Shown: in pieces, positions 29,848 to 39,775 of the stretch
How the letters are laid out: every line of letters begins with the position of its first letter
Position numbering within the stretch: the stretch's first letter is position 1
Assembly (NCBI GenBank): GCA_025061115.1
Contig: JANZKC010000002.1
Coordinates: forward strand, 96,001-160,000
Length of the DNA: 64,000 nucleotides
Direction of reading: 5' to 3'
Source: Candidatus Culexmicrobium cathedralense
GTDB taxonomy: Archaea; Thermoproteota; Methanomethylicia; Culexarchaeales; Culexmicrobiaceae
The notes under the pieces: model-generated
The model's input: only the letters and a program-made list of their open reading frames with translations
Told to the model about the DNA's origin: nothing
Databases searched by the model: none
Program-made: the position numbers and the translations under genes

Positions 29848-30774
29848 ATGAAGGCAGTAAAAGCAATAAACCTGACGAAAACCTTCGCCTTAAGCCCGCT
29901 CGGCGCAAGGAAGATAATTGCACTCAAAGACATAAACTTCGAAATAGAGGAAAAAGAGCACCTGGCAGTCATGGGCCCAAGCCCCTCAGGCAAAACAACA
30001 CTCCTAAAAGTAATTGCAGGAATATACTTGCCGGACAAGGGAGACCTGCTAATCTACGGCAACAGCGTCAGGAAAAAGGCTAGAGCAGTTAGAAATCTAA
30101 CCTGCTACATGTCACCTCAAATCCAGCTAAACAAGAAATTAACCGTTAAAGAAACCCTAAACTACTTCACAAGAATATTAGGCAAAAAAATAAGTGGAGA
30201 AGTAGAGGAACTACTACAATCAGTAGGCATAGTTGGAGAAAACCTGGACAATCGAATAGAAACCCTTTCAGATGCTCAACTAGCAGTGCTCAAGCTCGCC
30301 ATTGGACTAATAAAGGAGCCAAAAATCCTACTACTAGACAGAATCTTCGGATCGCTGGACCCCAAAGTAAAGGAAGTCTTCACAGACGCAATAGAAAAAG
30401 TTTCAGATCAAACAACGCTAGTAATGGTCGACCAGGAAATGGAAATTCTAGGCAAATTCTGCAAGAAAATCCTACTATTAAGCAAGGATGGAAGCATGGT
30501 AACCATGGGATCGGTGGAGCAGCTACTAAGAAACTACCCATACAAGTTCGACATAGAAGTCATACCGAAAAAGGCGCTATCCAAAGAAATACTAGAATCG
30601 ATGGGGTACCCATACCAGCTAATGGGAAGCCTCGTAAGATTCTACCTAACAAGCGAAGAGGAAGTCCTAGACTTAACCAAGAAGCTACTCAAAATTAAAG
30701 ATAAAATAATATCATTCGAAACCTCAAGCATAGACGTCGAAGACGTATACTACTGGCTAATCAGCAAGGAGTAG
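29848..30774 (+). CDS. ABC transporter ATP-binding protein with degenerate motifs
   Basis: Walker A GPSPSGKTT; signature LSDAQ; Walker B LLLDRI. Confidence 0.8.
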   Translation: MKAVKAINLTKTFALSPLGARKIIALKDINFEIEEKEHLAVMGPSPSGKTTLLKVIAGIYLPDKGDLLIYGNSVRKKARAVRNLTCYMSPQIQLNKKLTVKETLNYFTRILGKKISGEVEELLQSVGIVGENLDNRIETLSDAQLAVLKLAIGLIKEPKILLLDRIFGSLDPKVKEVFTDAIEKVSDQTTLVMVDQEMEILGKFCKKILLLSKDGSMVTMGSVEQLLRNYPYKFDIEVIPKKALSKEILESMGYPYQLMGSLVRFYLTSEEEVLDLTKKLLKIKDKIISFETSSIDVEDVYYWLISKE

Positions 30775-30869
30775 CCCGAAAGGTATAAGTATTCATAAAT
30801 TAAAGTTGGATTCGAAAAACGGCGGGAAGGAAAGAAATGTAATTTTCCCAAACTTCTGGGGGAGCAATT

Positions 30870-31226
30870 TTGACCAAGAAATGCAATCCCACTTGTAAAT
30901 TCTTTAGATGCGCCAAAAGAGCCCTAATGATAAGAGGAAGAGGTCAAAGGCAATTTAGGGGTAGAAGAGAAGGCAGATACCAGCGGGAGAGAAGAGGCCT
31001 AGTGGCACTATGCAGCTGGGCAGGAGACCTATGCCAAGGCCCAAGCTGCACATACGCCTACTGCGAAAAAAGGGCACTACTACCAGATGGAACATGCACA
31101 TTGGAGCTAAGAAAGGAGGCCAGAAGAGTTAGAAGCATAGAGGAAGAAGCGGAAAGAGAAGAGCTGAAGCTCAAATTGAAAGGCAAGGCGCTAAAGAGAA
31201 TTAGAGAGCTAGAGTACATTGAGTAA
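30870..31226 (+). CDS. Cys-rich basic hypothetical protein (putative metal-binding)
   Basis: CNPTCKFFRC...CSWAGDLCQGPSCTYAYC...DGTC; Arg-rich insert. Confidence 0.75.
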   Translation: MTKKCNPTCKFFRCAKRALMIRGRGQRQFRGRREGRYQRERRGLVALCSWAGDLCQGPSCTYAYCEKRALLPDGTCTLELRKEARRVRSIEEEAEREELKLKLKGKALKRIRELEYIE

Positions 31227-31227
31227 A

Positions 31228-31872
31228 TTAAGGCTTAATCCCAAAAACCCTCTGATAGTAGCCAGTGTATATTGCAGCAGCAGGATTATGCCCAGTAACC
31301 CTATCCTTAGCAATCAAAGTAACCACCGGAGCCCTGGAAAACCTATAGAATAGGGAGTCATGGCCGACGCACAGGCCAACCACCAAATTCAACTCGGTGT
31401 TTAAGGCATTAAGAACCAATGCCTGCCCAATAGGATTACATATAGCCTCAAAAGGCCTCTTCGAAAGCCAATGCTCCTTAGGAACTCCAACATCCCCCTT
31501 ACAAATACCGCCAACCTTACAGCAGACCGAATAGACTTGAAAGCCAGCGTTCTCGAGGGCCTGCGAAACATAGTTAGCTTCCCTCCTCAAGCCAATGCAA
31601 AAAGCTATTCCAATCCTCCTAATATTGAGGCGCCTAGCGTACTCCATAACCTCCCTAAGCCTAGGCCACTTCATGTACCCCGAAGCCTCAACTATGGAAG
31701 CATTCACAGCAAGCTTTCTAGCCTCATCATCCTCAAAGTACTTCCGACGCGCCTCATCCAACACTTCCCTCAAACTCCTCATTGGGCAAAAGCTAGGCAA
31801 CCTCTCAAAATCACCCCTATAGCAGGCAAGAACCTGACAATAAGCGCACCTACCAACCTCGCCGGCATCCAT
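31228..31872 (-). CDS. DUF1847 family metal-binding protein
   Basis: IGIAFCIGL, CCKVGG, CNPIGQA, GLCVGHDS and KDRVTGHNP motifs. Confidence 0.9.
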   Translation of the reverse strand: MDAGEVGRCAYCQVLACYRGDFERLPSFCPMRSLREVLDEARRKYFEDDEARKLAVNASIVEASGYMKWPRLREVMEYARRLNIRRIGIAFCIGLRREANYVSQALENAGFQVYSVCCKVGGICKGDVGVPKEHWLSKRPFEAICNPIGQALVLNALNTELNLVVGLCVGHDSLFYRFSRAPVVTLIAKDRVTGHNPAAAIYTGYYQRVFGIKP

Positions 31873-31932
31873 CCAAATCACCAAGCCAATATAAATAGGA
31901 AATGCACTTAAACTTATAGCTCGGTGGCAAAC

Positions 31933-32643
31933 ATGCCCAAACAAATCAGGCTCGGAATAATAGTTCCATCATCAAACACGACGATGGAAATGGAATTCAA
32001 CAAAATAAAGCCGAAAAACGCATCAATACACGCCGCAAGAATGAAGCTAAGAAAAGTAACTGCAAAAAGCCTAATGGAAATGGAGGAAGAAGCCGAAAAA
32101 GAGGCAATGAAGCTTGCAGACGCAAAGGTAGACGTAATAGCCTATGGATGCACAACCGGAAGCCTAGTAAAAGGAGCAAACCACGCCACGAAAATAGAGG
32201 AAATAATCATGAAAGCAACAGGCCTACCAGCAGTAGCAACAGCAAACTCAGTAATAAGAGCACTAAAGGAATTAAACGCAGCAAAAATAGCAGTAGCAAC
32301 CCCATACATCAAAGAGCTAAACAAGCTCGAAAAAACGTTCCTCCAAGCAAACGGATTCAAAGTAACCAAAATAATTGGACTAGAAATAGAAGATAACACC
32401 GAAATAGGAAAACTACAACCCCAAGCAGCATACGAATTAGCATTAAAAGCAAACACGCCAGAAGCAGAAGCAATATTCATAAGCTGCACAAACTTCAGAA
32501 CCATAGAAATAATCGAGAAACTAGAAAGAGAGCTTGGAAAACCAGTAATATCAAGCAACATTGCAACCCTATGGGACATGCTAAGAAAAATAAAGTACAA
32601 GGGCAAAATACAAGGCTACGGAAAACTCCTACAAAGCATCTAA
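31933..32643 (+). CDS. Maleate cis-trans isomerase / Asp-Glu racemase family
   Basis: GIIVPSSNTTME, YGCTTGS, ATPY and ISCTNF motifs. Confidence 0.9.
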   Translation: MPKQIRLGIIVPSSNTTMEMEFNKIKPKNASIHAARMKLRKVTAKSLMEMEEEAEKEAMKLADAKVDVIAYGCTTGSLVKGANHATKIEEIIMKATGLPAVATANSVIRALKELNAAKIAVATPYIKELNKLEKTFLQANGFKVTKIIGLEIEDNTEIGKLQPQAAYELALKANTPEAEAIFISCTNFRTIEIIEKLERELGKPVISSNIATLWDMLRKIKYKGKIQGYGKLLQSI

Positions 32644-32665
32644 CCTAACCAAATAAAATAAGAAG

Positions 32666-33889
32666 CTAGGGAAGAGAATCCGCATCCCTACTCAAAACAG
32701 GTAGACGCCCAACATCCACCTCAATCACATCAAGGTACTTCAAGCCAGAGCCAGTCAAGTAAAGCAGAATTCTATCACTAGGATCAACAGCACCCTCCTC
32801 CAACAAATGAGGAAGAGCAGCATGAGTAGCAGCAGCCTCAGGACAAACGAATAAGCCCTCCCTAGCCAAAGCCCTCATCGAAGACAATATCTCCTCATCG
32901 GAAACAGCAACAGCATAACCATCAGTCTCCCTAATCGCCCTCAAAACAAGGTAACTAGCATAAGGCTTAGGAACCCTCAAGCCAGCAGCAATAGTCCTAG
33001 CATTAGGCCAAGGCTCCTCAACCTCACCCTTACCCTCCCTAAAAGCCTTAACCAATGGAGCACAGCCACTAGACTGAACAATAATTAATCGCGGAACCTC
33101 ACTCTCCCCAATCCAGCCAAGCTCAACAAGCTCCCTAAAACCCTTCCAAAGACCAATAACACCCTCACCCCCACCAGTAGGAAACACAATAACGTCCGGA
33201 GGATGCCAATCAAACTGCTCAGAAATCTCATAAGCCATCAACTTATAGCCCTCAAACCTATAAGGTTGCTTATTAGTAGACAAATCAAACCAACCATACT
33301 TACCCTTCAACCTATCAACAATCCTAGCAGCATCACCAATCAAACCATCAACAAGATAAACCCTAGCCCCATAACTAACACACTCCTTCAAAGTACTCAA
33401 AGGAGCATCCCTAGGCATAAACGTGTAAACCTCCATGCCAGCCCTAGCCCCATAAGCAGCCAAAGCAGCAGCCGCATTACCAGCACTAGGAATAGCAACA
33501 CGCCCAACCCCAAGCTCCCTCAAAATAGAAACAGCAACACTCATACCCCTAGCCTTAAAAGTACCAGTAGGCAACCTACCATCATCCTTAACAAAAACAT
33601 TACCGAAACCAAAAACAGATTCTTTAGGCAAATGTAAAATAGGAGTATAAAACTCACCAAGAGAAACAATATTGGTCAAATTATTAATTGGGAGAAAAAT
33701 AGAATACTTCCAAAAAACATCATATTTTTTCTCTAAATCAATTTTAGATATTTTAAGGTTATACAAATTAAATCTATATAGCAGAGCTCCACCGCATTTT
33801 ACGCATATATTTACAGGTTTTTTAAGTTCATAGGTGAAACCACAATAACTACAAGCTATCTGATGCGACACCAAAGGTCCCTCCAACAA
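32666..33889 (-). CDS. thrC: Threonine synthase family PLP enzyme
   Basis: N-terminal CxxC...CxxC; PTGTFKARG, SAGNA, PTGGGEG and TGSGLKY motifs. Confidence 0.85.
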   Translation of the reverse strand: MLEGPLVSHQIACSYCGFTYELKKPVNICVKCGGALLYRFNLYNLKISKIDLEKKYDVFWKYSIFLPINNLTNIVSLGEFYTPILHLPKESVFGFGNVFVKDDGRLPTGTFKARGMSVAVSILRELGVGRVAIPSAGNAAAALAAYGARAGMEVYTFMPRDAPLSTLKECVSYGARVYLVDGLIGDAARIVDRLKGKYGWFDLSTNKQPYRFEGYKLMAYEISEQFDWHPPDVIVFPTGGGEGVIGLWKGFRELVELGWIGESEVPRLIIVQSSGCAPLVKAFREGKGEVEEPWPNARTIAAGLRVPKPYASYLVLRAIRETDGYAVAVSDEEILSSMRALAREGLFVCPEAAATHAALPHLLEEGAVDPSDRILLYLTGSGLKYLDVIEVDVGRLPVLSRDADSLP

Positions 33890-33926
33890 AATATGATAAA
33901 AATTAAAATAAAACGGTTAATCTGTT

Positions 33927-34487
33927 TTATGGTAGAACAACTGTCTTTGGATACTCTTTTCCAGCTACAGTATGCACTTTGAATTCCACACTTTGGCCAT
34001 GAGCAAAACCTGATTCATCTGGTATATCAATTATTATAGCAATGGTTTTCTCTTCACCTGCATTTATTGTTACCTGTTCATTTTGAAAATTAATGTCATC
34101 CCAGTTGTTTTGATCACCTCCAGGATAATAATCGATAAAATTATTCCCTTTTACATACGTAGGTGAAGTCTTGCCGTTTGATCCTTTATAAAGGAGTATT
34201 TTTATAACACCTGTATAGGCCGAACTAGGTTTAACATTTATCAAAATGTCATCAATTGTTGCAGTATCACTTCCAGAATTTCTTAGCTGCAGTACAACTA
34301 ACCATGGACCGTCCGTATCATTCCAAACGGCATATGCATTTGTTACTTCTATTTTTTCATATCTTGTGAATAATCCTGTTATGCCCGTCATCCAGAATGC
34401 TACGGCTACTGCTATTGCAATTGCTACTGAGACTATTATGACTGTTGCTATAACTGGTGATATTCCTTTATTATTTAGACTTTTCAA
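33927..34487 (-). CDS. Type IV pilin (major pilin candidate)
   Basis: Class III signal peptide KG/ISPVIATVIIVSVAIAIAVAVAFW. Confidence 0.9.
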   Translation of the reverse strand: MKSLNNKGISPVIATVIIVSVAIAIAVAVAFWMTGITGLFTRYEKIEVTNAYAVWNDTDGPWLVVLQLRNSGSDTATIDDILINVKPSSAYTGVIKILLYKGSNGKTSPTYVKGNNFIDYYPGGDQNNWDDINFQNEQVTINAGEEKTIAIIIDIPDESGFAHGQSVEFKVHTVAGKEYPKTVVLP

Positions 34488-34674
34488 TCTTACACCTCCT
34501 ATTATTCGACTTGACTTATAAACTTAAAAATATTTATATATGTTTCGTTTATGCCATTAGATATTTTTGATTTTTAATTTTAATTTGCTTTTTATTTTTG
34601 GTTTTTTGTGCTCTTTAATAACGTTTATATAAGTGTCTTTATGTAAATTTTCTGCGATTACGAGGGTTTTATTT

Positions 34675-36273
34675 ATGGTTAAGATTAAGTTTTGGCGTAG
34701 AGGTAGAAAAGAGCCGGGGCTTGGCGAGGAAGTTATTGCTGCTATTGAGAAGGAGCCTGTTGTCATTTTGCCTTTGAAGCCCGAATATGAGATTATTGAG
34801 TCTTACTATGTTTATGAGCCGTATGCTAAGGTTAATATTGTTTCTATTCCTGAGGCTGGTGGTGCTTTAGCTTATTATGTTGAGGAGTATAGGTTGAGTG
34901 AGGATGAGAAGGATACTTTTGAGAAGCTCGTGGATATTCTTGTTGAGGAGCTTCGTCCTGCTGAGAGTTTTGAGGATTTGAAGAAATTTGTTTTTTCAGA
35001 GCTTAGGCGGATTGCTGATAGGTATCGCGGCAAGCTTAATTTGGTTGGTGGTAGGAGGGCTAGGGTTCTTTATTATGTTGAGAGGAACCTTTTAGGTTAT
35101 GGTCCTATTGATGCTTTGATGCGTGATCCTTACATTGAAGATATTAGCTGTGATGGAGTTAACAAGCCCGTCTATGTTTGGCATAGAAGATATGAAAATA
35201 TTCCAACGAACATTATTTTCAAGGATATGAATTATCTTAACGAATTTATTTTGAAGTTGGCTCACATGGCTGGTAAGCATATTTCATTGGCGTATCCAGT
35301 GTTGGATGCCATGCTTCCTGAAAAGCATAGGCTTGCTGCTACCTTTGGAACTGAAGTCTCACCTAAGGGTCCAACTTTTACTATTAGGAAGTTTAGGGAG
35401 AAGCCATTCTCAATTACTGAGCTTATTCAGTATGGAGTTATCAATGACGTTGCAGCTGGCTATATTTGGCTTATGCTTGAGCATGGGAGAACATTGATGA
35501 TTGCCGGTGGAACTGGAGCTGGAAAGACAACTCTACTGAATGCTTTTAGCTTGTTTATTAAGCCTGGAATGAAGGTTGTAACTGTTGAGGATATTCCTGA
35601 ATTGAATTTACCTCATGAGAATTGGGTTCAATTAACTATTAGGCCAGGCTACACCGTTGGTACTAAGGCAGGTGAAATCGAATTATTTGACCTGGTTAAA
35701 CTCAGCTTGAGATATAGGCCGGACTACTTAATCGTAGGCGAGGTTAGAGGCAGTGAAGCGTTCGTGCTATTTCAAGCAATGGCAACTGGACACGGAGGTT
35801 TATCTACGATACATGCTGAAACACTTGATTATGCAATTAAAAGGTTGACATCTCCACCAATGAACATTCCTCCAACGTACATGAGGCTAATGAACATATT
35901 TGCGCACATCCAGAAGGTAACTACTAGAGCTAAAAGTGGAGCTGTCAGAGTGACCAGAAGAGTTACTGTTATTCAGGAAGTAGCGGACTACGATGACTAT
36001 AGACTTGTCGTGAAGTGGGATCCTTCAAATGATTCCCACGAAGTTTACCTAGACAACTCAATAATGCTTAAGGATATAAGCGATAAACTAGCAATACCAA
36101 TCGAAGAATTAAAGAGTGAAATTTTAAGGAGAGCTGAAGTACTTCGCTGGCTGAGGCTCAAAGGAATATTTGATGTATGGGAGGTAAGCAAATACATATT
36201 CCAATACTACTACGACCCAAATGGAGTGTACGGTCAAGCTTCAAAGGAATTAGCTGAAGTTGAAGCTAAATAG
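34675..36273 (+). CDS. Type IV pilus assembly ATPase (TadA/FlaI/VirB11 family)
   Basis: DPYIEDISC, TIRKF, GGTGAGKTT, LRYRPDYLIVGEVRG and TGHGGLSTIHA motifs. Confidence 0.95.
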   Translation: MVKIKFWRRGRKEPGLGEEVIAAIEKEPVVILPLKPEYEIIESYYVYEPYAKVNIVSIPEAGGALAYYVEEYRLSEDEKDTFEKLVDILVEELRPAESFEDLKKFVFSELRRIADRYRGKLNLVGGRRARVLYYVERNLLGYGPIDALMRDPYIEDISCDGVNKPVYVWHRRYENIPTNIIFKDMNYLNEFILKLAHMAGKHISLAYPVLDAMLPEKHRLAATFGTEVSPKGPTFTIRKFREKPFSITELIQYGVINDVAAGYIWLMLEHGRTLMIAGGTGAGKTTLLNAFSLFIKPGMKVVTVEDIPELNLPHENWVQLTIRPGYTVGTKAGEIELFDLVKLSLRYRPDYLIVGEVRGSEAFVLFQAMATGHGGLSTIHAETLDYAIKRLTSPPMNIPPTYMRLMNIFAHIQKVTTRAKSGAVRVTRRVTVIQEVADYDDYRLVVKWDPSNDSHEVYLDNSIMLKDISDKLAIPIEELKSEILRRAEVLRWLRLKGIFDVWEVSKYIFQYYYDPNGVYGQASKELAEVEAK

Positions 36274-36374
36274 CTATTTCAAGATAGGCAAACTAATTTA
36301 TTCACATTTTACATATACTTATTCGAAGCTAGGAAGCTCCAGTAATTAACGATAAACAGCGAGGTCAAAGCAAA

Positions 36375-37529
36375 TTGCTCCCGCAAAGAGGTAAAATTAT
36401 AGATTACATAAATTTGGTTGAAGAGCCACTATTAGAAGTCATTAGCAAGCTGCGGGAAAACAAGGCTACAGCAAGAATTCAAGGACTCCTCATACTACCT
36501 GGCAGAAGCGGCGAAGTATACATGGACTTTAAAGAAGGAACGCCAATAATAGCCATTCTAGCCGAGAAAGGCGTGGAATTGAAGGGAGATATAGCATGGC
36601 AGGAACTCTTAACTTCATATAAAGATGCTGCAGGCTTCCTAGAAATATATGAATTAAAGCCCGAAGAAGCAGATGAAGATTTAAAGTTAAAGCCAGACTC
36701 AAAAATCAAAATTACCGCTCCACTTAAAATAGAGCTGCCAAAAGTACATTCAAACATTGAAAAGTATAGCGAAAAACTATCATCCAACATAGTATATAAG
36801 ACGGCAATGATAATTCACAGCGTACACTTAAATGCAAGAGCTGAAAAAGCAGCAGCATCAGCAAGCCTATCAGCCGTAATATCAAACGAAATAGCTGAGA
36901 GCATAGGAGCAACAAGATACGTCATAGCCACAATATACGGCTCTAAGAAGTGGAAATCAGTAGAGGTCCTAGCTAGGAACGGTGAGGTGCTAGCAGCAAT
37001 AACCTACAAATTAGATGGAGTAATACGCGGCGTAATGGCGCTAAAAATAATGCTAAATCCAGCACTACTAGGAGAGTACTCCTCATTCGACATCCTAATC
37101 TACGACGTCAAAGTAGATCCAATAGCAATACTGGAAGAGGAAATAAAGGAGGAAAAAGCAGAAGAAACCATAAAAACAGAAGAAGAACCCAAGCCAAAAG
37201 CGGAAGTGAAGGAAGTTAAAGCTGAGACAATGGAAAAGGCTAAGGAAATAACCTCTATAGAAGAAGCCAAGAAATATCTTAATAAATTGCAAGATAAAGC
37301 CACAGAATATTTCAAAGAAGTATTAGACACTTTAGGTTATGAATTAAAGAAACTTACAATAGAAATGACGGATAAAATAGAATTTAAAGTTAAAATAAAG
37401 AAGAAAAGATTCGCCTTTAGAAGTGCGAACATGAGAATCGTACGAAGAGAAATAAATGATGAAGCAAGATGGATAATGGAGGAATTGAGAATAAAACTTC
37501 CGGTAGAAGTTGAGGTAGAGAGAATTTAA
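36375..37529 (+). CDS. Hypothetical protein with tandem DUF2226/PATAN-like domains and Glu/Lys-rich linker
   Basis: Repeated pattern FKEGTPIIA...LKGDIAWQEL...LEIYEL and ARNGEVLAA...IRGVMALKIM...ILIYDV. Confidence 0.5.
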   Translation: MLPQRGKIIDYINLVEEPLLEVISKLRENKATARIQGLLILPGRSGEVYMDFKEGTPIIAILAEKGVELKGDIAWQELLTSYKDAAGFLEIYELKPEEADEDLKLKPDSKIKITAPLKIELPKVHSNIEKYSEKLSSNIVYKTAMIIHSVHLNARAEKAAASASLSAVISNEIAESIGATRYVIATIYGSKKWKSVEVLARNGEVLAAITYKLDGVIRGVMALKIMLNPALLGEYSSFDILIYDVKVDPIAILEEEIKEEKAEETIKTEEEPKPKAEVKEVKAETMEKAKEITSIEEAKKYLNKLQDKATEYFKEVLDTLGYELKKLTIEMTDKIEFKVKIKKKRFAFRSANMRIVRREINDEARWIMEELRIKLPVEVEVERI

Positions 37530-38269
37530 CTTTCCGCAACAATGTGAACACAAACAATAACCCCATTATACTTAAGATAAGCATAGATTTCTTTTGAGAC
37601 TCCTTTAGGGATAAAATCTCCAAACCCATTAATTCCTGAACCATAATAATAGTAATGCAATTTCCTTATCGGTAGCTCCAGACCTTCACCAGTAGGCTTT
37701 TTAATTATATCTATTTTTATTATAGAGACGGGAACACCCATATTTTTAAAAACATCAATTACAGTAACATTAAAAGCATCAATTTTCTTGCCAACAACAC
37801 TGACAACAACATTAGGATTAATAACCAATAATCCAACAGTATAATTTAATTTTAAAGCATAAAAACCCAGAGGTTCTGCTTTAACTGTTAAGTTCGCAGT
37901 GATGATTGATAACCAAGGAGGCTCAGGATCATACCATTGAAAATCAATATTGAATGTGAAATATGCAACCACACCTTTGCCAGAATAAGCTGCAGTGAAA
38001 TTTTCGATCCAAGAAGATAAATACGCGGATGCAGTTTCATTTGCTTCATCAAGATCCCCCGTATTCATATAAACTTCAGATGCTAATGAAAGAGCTGCTG
38101 TTAATGCTCTCGGCGCATCATCAACTGCATTTAATATCGAAACTGGAAAAGAAACTTCCTGCGAACGTCTAATTCTTAAATCTCCAGCAGTTACAATTGC
38201 TGCCATAGCTATTATTGCAATCATAAGAGATACTGAGGCAAGAATAACTAGTTGCCCTCGCTTATTCAT
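37526..38269 (-). CDS. Minor pilin-like protein
   Basis: MNKRG/QLVIL class III-like N-terminus followed by hydrophobic helix. Confidence 0.7.
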   Translation of the reverse strand: MNKRGQLVILASVSLMIAIIAMAAIVTAGDLRIRRSQEVSFPVSILNAVDDAPRALTAALSLASEVYMNTGDLDEANETASAYLSSWIENFTAAYSGKGVVAYFTFNIDFQWYDPEPPWLSIITANLTVKAEPLGFYALKLNYTVGLLVINPNVVVSVVGKKIDAFNVTVIDVFKNMGVPVSIIKIDIIKKPTGEGLELPIRKLHYYYYGSGINGFGDFIPKGVSKEIYAYLKYNGVIVCVHIVAES

Positions 38270-38664
38270 CCTCCCACCGCAACTTTCAAAATTATAATAT
38301 AAGTACGTTTATGTGCTATACTCGTGTATACGTAGTGAATCGTTACTTCAGGCTCAAAATTAGCGACATTACAGAGCTCATATTTAATGCTATATGTGTA
38401 AACAGTAAAATTGAAGCTTGAATGTAAAGGTAAAGTATTATTTAATATCATTAGAAGGAGAGATTTGTCCCCATCAATAAAATCATCTATCGCACCTGAG
38501 GAAATGGCTGCATTTATTGCGGAAAGCCCACTCCTAAATAATGCTTGATTTCTGCGTGGAAGGGCTTCTGCCATATCAATATACCTTAATGATATTGCCG
38601 TAAAAATAAATACTATAGATAGAGCAGCAACTGCACCAACTATGCGAATTTGCCCTTTACTCAT
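38266..38664 (-). CDS. Minor pilin-like protein
   Basis: MSKG/QIRIVGAVAAL N-terminus; overlaps neighbours by 4 nt. Confidence 0.7.
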   Translation of the reverse strand: MSKGQIRIVGAVAALSIVFIFTAISLRYIDMAEALPRRNQALFRSGLSAINAAISSGAIDDFIDGDKSLLLMILNNTLPLHSSFNFTVYTYSIKYELCNVANFEPEVTIHYVYTSIAHKRTYIIILKVAVGG

Positions 38665-39773
38665 CTACTTGCCCTCCACATATATAATTTAATCAAATAA
38701 TTTGCAAAGCCAATAAATACAAATTTGCTTGCAACTCCACTCATAGTAGGTGGCGTTAATCCACCATATCTTAAATTGATTATATTCAAATAGCCATTGG
38801 GTAAGTGTATTGGAGCTGGGTAAGTGAAGAAAACCGAAATTACTGATTCATTATATGCAAGTAGGAAAACGACCTCATCATCAATTCCACCGAACGAGTT
38901 CTCAAGTAAAACTTCATATACATATATAGAATTGTCTTCGTCTACTTGAAAGGGAGAGAAGTTAACTTCCCATTTGAAGCCTTCGTCGGTATTATTTGTT
39001 TCGATAGTTGGATTTGTACGTTTTCCTTTAAATGTATATTCGATAACGGTATAGTTTCGGAAAACTTGCAATAAATTTACTTCATTGGCGTTCAATTCAA
39101 TACAAGAAATTATGAATCTATCAATTGCAAATCCACAGTTAACGTCTTCATCAACCCAGTAGCTTATTGAACAAGTTGAATTGTAATAAGCTATTGCAGC
39201 TACAACTTTTACTTCATCATTAACGGTAATAACAGGCTGGGAAAATAAACTTACATTAACTCCTGCAACCGATTCAGTGACTACAATTACATTTACATCA
39301 ACTAGCGGAGTAATGTTTTTTCCTTTATTGTTGTAGGTTTTAATTTCAACATTATTGTTTGTGACGGTTATTGATATATTGAGCGCCGGTATGAAATCTA
39401 TTATGAAACCTCTATATTGTAAAGAAATCCAATTTAGTAGGAAATCTTCTGGAGACATGTAAAATGGATTGTTAGTAGTATTATAAAAAGATCCTAGAGC
39501 TCTAAAAGTTAATGCATTTACTTTTCCCTTATCTAGATGTCCAGGCAAATTACTACTTAAGCCGAAGTCTTCTAGTTCATTGCCGTTTATTATTGCTTCT
39601 CCCCAATTTTCTGGTTGACCTGCAGTTAAAGTTATTTTGTCAAGTAATGACATAGCTTCAAGATCTAATTTATAATCGATGGGAGCTACCATACTAGCAA
39701 GAATAGAGCTAGACGCAATAAATAGCAATACTATGATTATCGCCGTTAATGAATACTCGATAGGCTCTTTCAA
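38661..39773 (-). CDS. Pilus-associated secreted protein (minor pilin/adhesin-like)
   Basis: N-terminal IEYSLTAIIIVLLF helix; LTAGQPENWG...FGL motif; several NxS/T sequons. Confidence 0.65.
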   Translation of the reverse strand: MKEPIEYSLTAIIIVLLFIASSSILASMVAPIDYKLDLEAMSLLDKITLTAGQPENWGEAIINGNELEDFGLSSNLPGHLDKGKVNALTFRALGSFYNTTNNPFYMSPEDFLLNWISLQYRGFIIDFIPALNISITVTNNNVEIKTYNNKGKNITPLVDVNVIVVTESVAGVNVSLFSQPVITVNDEVKVVAAIAYYNSTCSISYWVDEDVNCGFAIDRFIISCIELNANEVNLLQVFRNYTVIEYTFKGKRTNPTIETNNTDEGFKWEVNFSPFQVDEDNSIYVYEVLLENSFGGIDDEVVFLLAYNESVISVFFTYPAPIHLPNGYLNIINLRYGGLTPPTMSGVASKFVFIGFANYLIKLYMWRASR

Positions 39774-39775
39774 TT

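Noticed and set aside
34488-34674. Canonical cdc6/ORB replication origin at the skew switch
   Set aside because: The spacer is AT/T-rich, but no ORB-like TCCA-N-TGGA/G-string repeats and no cdc6/orc1 or whiP gene were seen; kept only as a skew observation
37130-37270. Apparent GAA/AAA repeat tract
   Set aside because: It is the coding sequence of a Glu/Lys-rich linker, not a DNA repeat element
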